Translations under genes and position numbers: made by a program
Shown: positions 27,627 to 34,926 of the stretch, piece after piece
Layout of the letters: every line of letters begins with the position of its first letter
Numbering within the stretch: the stretch's first letter is position 1
Virus record (IMG/VR): IMGVR_UViG_3300031951_000638
Coordinates: 1 to 34,926 of that record
Direction: 5' to 3' (one strand)
Origin: a virus
Taxonomy: Duplodnaviria; Caudoviricetes
DNA length: 34,926 nt
Notes under the pieces: model-generated
Seen by the model: the letters and a program-made list of their open reading frames with translations, nothing else
Told to the model about the DNA's origin: nothing
Database searches by the model: none

Positions 27627-29720
27627 ATGGCAGAAACTTTAATCTCACCAGGCGTTTTACCAAGAGAAAACGATTCATCTTTTGTATCTAGTAGACCCGT
27701 AACAGTAGGAGCAGCAATTATAGGTCCAACTGTTAAAGGTCCTGTAGAAGTTCCAACAGTTGTCACTACATATAGTGAATATGTTAATAAATTTGGCACA
27801 ACATTTACAAGCGGAAGTGCTACAAATTTAAAAACATACACGTATTTCACATCTATTGCGGCTTATAATTATTTCACAAATGGAGGTCAATCTCTATTAG
27901 TAGCAAGAACAGTCTCAGGATCCTACACAGCCGCTTCTAGCTCAGCTATCACTAATAATATAGTTAATACAAGTGGAGCTCCAGCTACCGGATCATATAC
28001 CTTTACTGCGGCTAATACTGGTTCAATATATCAAGGAGCATATATTTCCGTTGGAAGTAATACATGGTATTTCTCAGGATGGGGAAATAGTACTTCTTAT
28101 AATAATGCTTTAGATTATGCTTATTTTAGTACAGGATCTAACTGGGTGGGAGGATTAGCTACAGCTATAAACAACTGGACAGAACTTCAACCATATGTGT
28201 CAGCTAGTACAGCAGGGTCAACATTGATTTTATCTGGTTCAGCTGGAAACACAGCAATTAATGGGGTTACATTATATACATCTAGCTATATTGGAGATGC
28301 TGGAGGATTGGCAGCTACATTAGGTGGAGCTACACCAAGTACTACATCTACAGCTTTTGTTTTAGAAACTCTTTCAAAAGGAATTATAGTAAATAGCACT
28401 TCAACTGAAATTTCTAATAATATTTTACCAAGCGGTTCTAAAGATAATGTTAGATGGCAAATTGTGAACGCAAATACATCATCTGGAACTTTTGATTTAT
28501 TAATTCGTAGAGGAGATGATAATATTCTTCAACCTGTGATATTAGAAACTTGGACTAATTTAAATTTAGATCCTAACTCTAATAATTATATTTCTAGAGT
28601 AATTGGAGACATGAGAGAAGCATATGACTCAGTAAATAATCAGATTATATATGATGGAACTTTCTCTAATAAATCAAAATATGTTAGAGTTAAACAAATC
28701 AATTATACAACTCCTAATTATTTAAATAGTGTAGGAAACCTATCTGTAGCGGCTTATTCAGCATCTATCCCAGTTAATGCTAGTGGAACATTTGGTAGTG
28801 CAGTTGGAAATATTAAGGGTGGAGCTAATTTTTACCATAATATTAATAGTTCTAATACTCAAGGTCTTGTTGGGGCCAATTATGATAACATGATTAATTT
28901 ATTATCTAATAAAGATGATTATCGTTTTAATATATTATTAACCCCAGGGTTATATGATGCTGACTATGCTCAACAAGTCTCAACAATTATTAATAATACT
29001 CAAGATAGAGGAGATAACATATATGTATTAGACCCAGTTGGATATGGTGAACAAATATCTACTGTAGTAAGTCAAGCATCTACTCGTAACACATCATATG
29101 CTACAGAATATTGGCCGTGGTGTCAAGTAGTAGATCCAGCTTCAGGCGAATTAGTTTGGGTACCGGCCTCAACAATGATTGGTGGAGTATATGCTTATAA
29201 CGATTCAGTATCTGAGCCTTGGTTTGCACCAGCTGGTATTAACAGAGGTGGTTTATCTACAGTAGTAAGAGCAGAACAAAAGTTAGCTCAAACAAATCGT
29301 GATACTTTATATAACGGAAAAATAAATCCAATAGCTACATTTCCAGGTCAAGGTATTGTAGTATACGGTCAGAAAACATTACAAACTCAAGCATCAGCTC
29401 TTGATCGTGTGAATGTTAGAAGATTGCTAATTGCTCTTAAATCGTATATTTCTCAAATCGCTAATAATTTAGTATTTGAACAAAATACAATTGCTACAAG
29501 AAATCAATTCCTAAGTCAAGTTAATCCGTATTTAACAAGTGTTCAACAAAGACAAGGATTGTATGCTTTTAGAGTAATCATGGATGACACAAATAATACC
29601 CCAGACGTGATTGATAGAAATGAATTAATAGGTCAGATTTATCTACAGCCTACTAAAACAGCTGAATTCATTTACTTAGACTTTAATGTGACAGCAACTG
29701 GAGCTACTTTCCCGGGATAA
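27627..29720 (+). CDS. Tail sheath protein (T4 gp18-like)
   Basis: SPGV...E, PWFAPAGINRG, GQKTLQ, DRVNVRRLL and PTKTAEFI motifs. Confidence 0.96.
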   Translation: MAETLISPGVLPRENDSSFVSSRPVTVGAAIIGPTVKGPVEVPTVVTTYSEYVNKFGTTFTSGSATNLKTYTYFTSIAAYNYFTNGGQSLLVARTVSGSYTAASSSAITNNIVNTSGAPATGSYTFTAANTGSIYQGAYISVGSNTWYFSGWGNSTSYNNALDYAYFSTGSNWVGGLATAINNWTELQPYVSASTAGSTLILSGSAGNTAINGVTLYTSSYIGDAGGLAATLGGATPSTTSTAFVLETLSKGIIVNSTSTEISNNILPSGSKDNVRWQIVNANTSSGTFDLLIRRGDDNILQPVILETWTNLNLDPNSNNYISRVIGDMREAYDSVNNQIIYDGTFSNKSKYVRVKQINYTTPNYLNSVGNLSVAAYSASIPVNASGTFGSAVGNIKGGANFYHNINSSNTQGLVGANYDNMINLLSNKDDYRFNILLTPGLYDADYAQQVSTIINNTQDRGDNIYVLDPVGYGEQISTVVSQASTRNTSYATEYWPWCQVVDPASGELVWVPASTMIGGVYAYNDSVSEPWFAPAGINRGGLSTVVRAEQKLAQTNRDTLYNGKINPIATFPGQGIVVYGQKTLQTQASALDRVNVRRLLIALKSYISQIANNLVFEQNTIATRNQFLSQVNPYLTSVQQRQGLYAFRVIMDDTNNTPDVIDRNELIGQIYLQPTKTAEFIYLDFNVTATGATFPG

Positions 29721-29766
29721 TTTTTTAAAACACATATATTTATAACAAAATAAAATATAAAACAAA

Positions 29767-30255
29767 ATGGCAGTATTAGATCCAAACGAAATATTTTTCA
29801 CAGCATTTGAACCGAAAGTTAAAAACCGTTTCATTATGTATGTAGATGGAATCCCCGCCTATACTATTAAAAAAGTAGGCCAAGTAAGCGTAGATATGGA
29901 CGAAATTAAATTAAACCATATTAATGTTTACCGTAAAATCAAAGGTAGAGCTAAATGGGCAGATATTGAAATGACATTATTTGATCCTATCACTCCATCA
30001 GGTGCTCAAGCCGTAATGGAATGGGTACGTTTACATCATGAATCTGTTACAGGTAGAGATGGTTATTCAGATTTTTATAAAAAAGATGTAACTATCAATA
30101 TCTTAGGTCCAGTAGGTGATATTGTTAGTGAGTGGATTATTAAAGGAGCATTTATTAAATCAACTAGTTTTGGTGACTACGATTGGGATAATGATGCAAC
30201 TGCTCAAGAAATAACAGTAAATCTGGGACTTGATTACGCAATTTTAAACTTCTAG
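29767..30255 (+). CDS. Tail tube protein (T4 gp19-like)
   Basis: Follows sheath; YKKDVTI...GDIVSEWIIKGAF motif. Confidence 0.9.
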   Translation: MAVLDPNEIFFTAFEPKVKNRFIMYVDGIPAYTIKKVGQVSVDMDEIKLNHINVYRKIKGRAKWADIEMTLFDPITPSGAQAVMEWVRLHHESVTGRDGYSDFYKKDVTINILGPVGDIVSEWIIKGAFIKSTSFGDYDWDNDATAQEITVNLGLDYAILNF

Positions 30256-30285
30256 TTAAAAAAGCAACAATCCAGACCAATCTTA

Positions 30286-30322
30286 AATCCTCCTCGTATA
30301 TTTATAATAAATGAGGAGGATT
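30286..30322 (+). promoter_or_regulatory. RBS-sequestering hairpin with late-promoter motif in its loop
   Basis: AATCCTCCTCGT/ATGAGGAGGATT 12-bp stem (one G-U); loop ATATTTATAATAA; ATG at 30327. Confidence 0.8.
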
Positions 30323-30326
30323 CTTT

Positions 30327-31160
30327 ATGCTTAAATGTCAACTTTGTAATTATGAAACTGATAAACAGCAGAAGTTAAGTAAACATACTTCTTTTTATCA
30401 TAAACTTAAATTTCCCGAATATCTTATTCAAGTTAAGTATAATGGGGTAAATCCATTATGTGAATGTGGTTGTAGTGAAAAAACTAAATATTCTCCTGAA
30501 AATGGAGATTTTTTTAAATTTATAGTAGGTCATCATTCTCGAAAAGAAGGACATTGGGGTGATTGGAACGACCCAAAACGAGTAGAAAAAATCATATCAA
30601 CCCGCAAACAAAAATTTACATCAGGTGAGTATGATTACATAAAGAAAGCAGTAAAAGAAAATAGAAAACAACCGGATTTAGGTAAAAAAATATCTAAAGG
30701 AGCCAAAGGTATCCCCAAACCTAAACCTAAAGGGTTTGGTATAGGTCGGATACAATCAAAAGAAACTAAACAAAAAATGAGCGACTCAGCAATGAAACGA
30801 ATCATAAAAGAAGATAAAATACATACTTCCAAATTAGAAACAACATTCCAAAATATATTACTTGAACAAAATATTGAAAATACCCATTCATATTATGTTA
30901 AAGAAATAAAAGCATTTTATGATTTTTACTTACCTAACTATAACACGTTAATTGAAATAGACGGAGACTTCTACCACTGCAACCCAAACAAATACCCAGA
31001 AGGACCTATATGTAAGACCCAAGAAAAAAATCTTAAACGTGACCAACAAAAAAATCAATGGGCTAAAGACAACGGTTTTAAATTACTTAGATTTTGGGAA
31101 ACTGATATTAATAATAATCCTCAACAAATAATAGAAACGCTTAAAAAAGAGCTCACCTAA
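30327..31160 (+). mobile_element. Free-standing DUF559/Vsr-like (PD-(D/E)XK-type) putative homing endonuclease
   Basis: C-terminal YDF...LIEIDGDFYH...RD...GFKLLRFWE; N-terminal C2H2-like and CECGC motifs; NUMOD3-like SKETKQKMS. Confidence 0.82.
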
Positions 31161-31182
31161 ACTTGGTGAGCTCCTTTATTTT
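31149..31182 (+). terminator. Rho-independent terminator overlapping the endonuclease stop codon
   Basis: GAGCTCACC-taaactt-GGTGAGCTC followed by CTTTATTTT. Confidence 0.8.
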
Positions 31183-31223
31183 CATTATATTTATATTCAA
31201 ATAAACGTTACTAAATAAAATCT

Positions 31224-31949
31224 ATGGACCAAGTAAAACACGATTTCCCAACGGAAATAATCGAATTACCATCTCAAGGATTAATATATCCTGAAACCAA
31301 TCCTTTATCTCAAGGTAAAATTGAAATGAGATATATGACTGCTCAACATGAAGATATCTTAACCAATCAAACATATATCCAGAAAGGCACAGTTTTAGAC
31401 AAGTTACTGCAAGCACTCATTGTTAGCAAGATAGACTATAACGATTTAATTGTCGGCGATAAAAACGCAATTATGGTGGCAGCTCGTATTTTAGGATATG
31501 GTAAAGATTACACATTTGAATATAGAGGAGAAGATTATACAGTTGACTTATCAAAATTAGATAATAAACCCTTTACTGCTAAAACTAAAGGAGTAAATGA
31601 ATTTGATTATACATTACCTAGTACTGGTGTTAATATCACATACAAAATATTAACTCATGGTGATGAACAAAAAATTCAAAATGAATTAGAAGGATTAAAA
31701 AAATTAAGCCCAAATTCAGCACCTGAATTATCTACTCGTTTAAAATATATCATAACATCAGTAAACGGAGATCGAGAAACTAAAACAATTCGAGAGTTTG
31801 TAGATAAATACTTACTAGCCCGAGACTCACGAGAACTAAGAAATCACATAAAAGAAACACAACCAGACATTGATCTGACTTTTACTACTGAAAATGGCAG
31901 TGCTACAGATATCCCTATATCAGTTCGTTTCTTCTGGCCTGATTTTTAA
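31224..31949 (+). CDS. Baseplate hub / tail assembly protein (T4 gp26-like)
   Basis: PTEIIELPS...MRYMTAQHEDIL and C-terminal FFWP; between tube and tape measure. Confidence 0.75.
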   Translation: MDQVKHDFPTEIIELPSQGLIYPETNPLSQGKIEMRYMTAQHEDILTNQTYIQKGTVLDKLLQALIVSKIDYNDLIVGDKNAIMVAARILGYGKDYTFEYRGEDYTVDLSKLDNKPFTAKTKGVNEFDYTLPSTGVNITYKILTHGDEQKIQNELEGLKKLSPNSAPELSTRLKYIITSVNGDRETKTIREFVDKYLLARDSRELRNHIKETQPDIDLTFTTENGSATDIPISVRFFWPDF

Positions 31950-31952
31950 TAA

Positions 31953-32636
31953 ATGGTAGGTATATATAAAATTATTTCTCCTAGCAATAAAATTTATATA
32001 GGGCAGAGCGTTAATATTGAAAAAAGATGGATACATTATAGGTTACTTGATTGTAAAAAACAACCCAAAATATATCGATCTATTTTAAAATATGGTTTTA
32101 AAAATCATATTTTTGAAATTATTGAGGAATGCTCTATTGAACAATTAAACGAAAAGGAAATATATTATAAACAACAAATCGTAAACAAATTTGGTTGGGA
32201 AAAAGTCTTATTTTGTGAAATTTATGATGGTGGAGGTGGACCTAAATCTGAAAAAACTAAAGAGAAAATATCAAAAGCTAATAAAGGAATAAGTAGAAAT
32301 AAAGATAATAAAAATAGGTTGGGGGCTAAATTGAGTCAATTATCTAAAGATAAAATATCTAAATCTTCATTAGGAGTTAAAAATACTCAAAAACACAACA
32401 AAAACATCAGCGAAGCAAGATTAGGTATAAAATTTTCTCAAGAACATATTGATAATATGAGTCAAAGTAGATTTAAATACTCAATCATATGTTTAGAAAC
32501 TAATACCACGTATAAAAGTGCTAATCAAGCTTCAAAAAATTTAAATATTCCATCGGCCTCAATTATAAAAGTATGTAAAGGAATATATAAACAAATTAAA
32601 GGATATACATTTAAATTTACTGATGATGCAAAATAA
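31953..32636 (+). mobile_element. Free-standing GIY-YIG homing endonuclease
   Basis: GIYKIISP...YIGQS; HIFEIIEECSIEQLNEKEIY is nearly identical to the same segment in 25752..26450. Confidence 0.9.
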
Positions 32637-32982
32637 AATAATTAATGTTCCGTTGGGATTAAATTTATTTAACATAACCCCAAAAACCGCCCCCACCGCC
32701 CGTGCTAATCTATTTACCCAAATCCATGAAATAGTATTCCATGGTAAGGGTGGATATGACTGGCATACAGTCTACAATATGCCTAGATGGTTACGTCAAT
32801 TTACATTTAATAAGATAAAAGAGCATTACCAAAAAGAAAATGAAGCACATGAAAATGCTCAATCTAAAACAGGAAATAAATCTACATTGATAGATTCTTC
32901 AGGTAATGTTAATAAAGAAGCATGGAATAGTGTTCCTAAACCTATTTCACCAGCCGCTAAACTTAAAACAAATTATAAATAA
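32623..32982 (+). CDS. gp51-like / tail-chaperone C-terminal ('T'-like) protein
   Basis: IHEIVFHGKGGYDWHTVYNMPRWLR; immediately upstream of the tape measure. Confidence 0.6.
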   Translation: MMQNKIINVPLGLNLFNITPKTAPTARANLFTQIHEIVFHGKGGYDWHTVYNMPRWLRQFTFNKIKEHYQKENEAHENAQSKTGNKSTLIDSSGNVNKEAWNSVPKPISPAAKLKTNYK

Positions 32983-33013
32983 TTCATATTTATAATAAAC
33001 AATTATTTAGACA

Positions 33014-34926
33014 ATGGATTTAGAAAATTTAGGTCAAACTGCTGCTGAGTTAAAAATAGCATTTGAAACTCTACAAGAACAAATTAAAAATAATGCTAAA
33101 CTATTATCTAAATTAACTGGAGACACAGCTAAAGGATTTAAACCTTTTATCTCTAATGTTAAAAATTTAACAGACGAATTAGCAAAAGCTAGTAAACAGT
33201 CTTTATCTTCTTATAAAGAAAGATTACAACTTGAATCTAAACTTCAACAAGTTCAAAAAGAAATAGTTGGTTTAACTCGTCAAAGAGAAGTGATAGCTTC
33301 TAGACTATCTATTGCCACTAGAGCTGAAAAAATTCAATTATTATTATTAATAGATAACTATGATGAATTAATATCTAAATCTCAAGAAATAGTAGATAAT
33401 ACTAAAAAACTTAAAGAGGAGCTTAAACCTATTAATGAATACATTGGCACCAAAATGTTTGGAGCATTCTCAGACATTATAAATAAAATACCAGGATTAA
33501 GTAGATTCTCAGGACCATTTAAAGAAGCAGCGGAGGCTACTGAAAAAGTAGCTACTAAAAATCAACTTATATTTGGTAATGTTAAGGGCATAACTAAAGC
33601 TCAATTAGAAAGTTTAAAAACAGGAAAAGGATTAACAGCTGAATTTGCTAAACAGTTAGGGATAACTGATAAACAAGGAAAATTAGGTACTCTTTCTGGA
33701 ACTAGCGCTGCCTTAAGAGCTAAAGCTTTAGGTATAACAAATGCAGTAGCTGGAGCTTCAACCCCATTAATGGTTGGTCTTAAATCATTAGGTCCTGCCT
33801 TAGCTAAAGCATTTGGACCTCTATATCTTATATTTGAATTTCTTGAAGCACTCAAACAAGCAGATAAAGCTACTGGAAATCTAGCTAAAGATTTTAATTT
33901 AACATATAATGAAGCTGCTAACTTAAGAGGAGAACTTATAGAAACAGGTAATCTTTCAGGAAATATAGCTTTAAATGCAAGATCATTACAAGAATCAATG
34001 GTTGCTGTAGGTAAATCATTAGGTTCTAATGCTAAATTAAATGAAGAAGATCTTAAAACATTTACTGAATTAAGAGAAATGGCAGGCTATACCAATGAAG
34101 AACTAATTGGTATGCAAAAAATGTCCTTAGCTATGGATAAACCGTTAAAGGATAATGTTAAAAGTTTCTTAGGCGTAACAGCTGCTCTAAATGCTCAAAA
34201 TAAATTAACAATAAATGAAAAACAATTATTAAAAGAAGTAGCCAATACTTCAGTAGCAATCAGATTATCAATCGGTGGAACAGCCGAAGATTTAGCTAAA
34301 GCCGCTTTTAGAGCTAAACAGTTTGGTATTAATTTAGAACAAGCAGATAGAATATCTGAAAGTTTATTAGATTTTGAATCATCTATCTCTAATGAATTAT
34401 CAGCTGAATTATTAACAGGTCGAGATTTAAATTTAGAACGTGCTAGGTTATTAGCATTAAATGGAAAAGTATCTGAAGCTTCAGCTGAAATTTTAAGACA
34501 AGTAAGAAGTAGTGCTGAGTTTACAGCAATGAATCGTATTCAACAAGAAGCTATAGCTAAAGCTGTTGGTATGAGTAGAGAAGATTTAGCTAAATCATTA
34601 ATTGAAAGAGAAGCATTAGCTAGATTAGGAGATAAAGATAAAACAGGACTTGAAGCTTATAATAGATTAAAAAAACAAGGATTATCTGATACTCAAATTG
34701 CTGCAGAGTTAGGTAATGAAGAATATGCTCGCCAACTAAAACAACAATCTATCCAAGAACGTTTTAATGCTTCTATTGAAAAACTCAAAGAAATATTTAT
34801 TTCTATAGCTGAACCAGTTTTACAAATTGTTTCACCATTTGTCGATATTTTACTACCAGTATTGTCTACTGTTAGTGGGGTTGTGGGATCTATAGTTAGT
34901 ATTTTTAAAGGAGGAACAGAACAATT
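33014..34926 (+). CDS. Tape measure protein (N-terminal part, runs off the window)
   Basis: ATG at 33014 (MDLENLGQ...). Long Ala/Leu/Lys helical frame with LLDFESSISNELSAELLTGRDLNLERAR. Absent from the ORF track, consistent with no stop before the window end. Confidence 0.85.
   Translation, partial: MDLENLGQTAAELKIAFETLQEQIKNNAKLLSKLTGDTAKGFKPFISNVKNLTDELAKASKQSLSSYKERLQLESKLQQVQKEIVGLTRQREVIASRLSIATRAEKIQLLLLIDNYDELISKSQEIVDNTKKLKEELKPINEYIGTKMFGAFSDIINKIPGLSRFSGPFKEAAEATEKVATKNQLIFGNVKGITKAQLESLKTGKGLTAEFAKQLGITDKQGKLGTLSGTSAALRAKALGITNAVAGASTPLMVGLKSLGPALAKAFGPLYLIFEFLEALKQADKATGNLAKDFNLTYNEAANLRGELIETGNLSGNIALNARSLQESMVAVGKSLGSNAKLNEEDLKTFTELREMAGYTNEELIGMQKMSLAMDKPLKDNVKSFLGVTAALNAQNKLTINEKQLLKEVANTSVAIRLSIGGTAEDLAKAAFRAKQFGINLEQADRISESLLDFESSISNELSAELLTGRDLNLERARLLALNGKVSEASAEILRQVRSSAEFTAMNRIQQEAIAKAVGMSREDLAKSLIEREALARLGDKDKTGLEAYNRLKKQGLSDTQIAAELGNEEYARQLKQQSIQERFNASIEKLKEIFISIAEPVLQIVSPFVDILLPVLSTVSGVVGSIVSIFKGGTEQ

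Noticed and set aside
25738-32636. Endonucleases as group I intron-encoded ORFs
   Set aside because: Flanking genes have complete termini, and the spacers are only a few to about 70 nt, leaving no room for a ribozyme core.
209-33855. Minus-strand ORFs in the track (e.g. 5796..6350, 18874..19272, 25976..26404, 33601..33855)
   Set aside because: They are antisense shadows of well-supported + strand genes, with low-complexity S/F/L-rich translations and no recognisable motifs.
1-34926. Stop-codon reassignment
   Set aside because: Core genes are intact in the standard code, and TAA, TGA and TAG all end genes at sensible positions.

Overview
An AT-rich segment of a large T4-like (myovirus-type) phage genome, with all credible genes on the + strand. 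It covers almost the whole virion morphogenesis region. In order: a block of putative head-internal and accessory genes (kinase-like fragment, cupin-like, DEDD exonuclease, DenV-like glycosylase, P-loop kinase), an overlapping pair of membrane proteins, terminase large subunit, portal, head-associated proteins, prohead protease, scaffold, major capsid protein, PhoH, fibre/adhesin genes, neck and tail-completion genes, sheath, tube, gp26/gp51-like genes and the start of the tape measure. Three free-standing homing endonucleases are inserted in the tail region. A-rich leaders without Shine-Dalgarno sequences, plus export-signal features, suggest a Bacteroidota host (inference). The most interesting signals are: (1) shared capsid-targeting tags and L/I-x-E protease sites that appear to load cargo modules, including winged-helix-like domains (one embedded in the scaffold), into the head; (2) a conserved (A)TATTTATA late-promoter-like motif, the reverse complement of the T4 late promoter, before 14 genes; (3) a gp26/gp51-like junction split by a GIY-YIG endonuclease, with the junction peptide duplicated; (4) a hairpin that hides an endonuclease RBS and carries the promoter in its loop; (5) a structured leader before the scaffold gene; (6) pervasive (S/T)-(G/A)-S tripeptides in exposed virion proteins. 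Family assignments come from motif recognition and synteny only; no searches were run.
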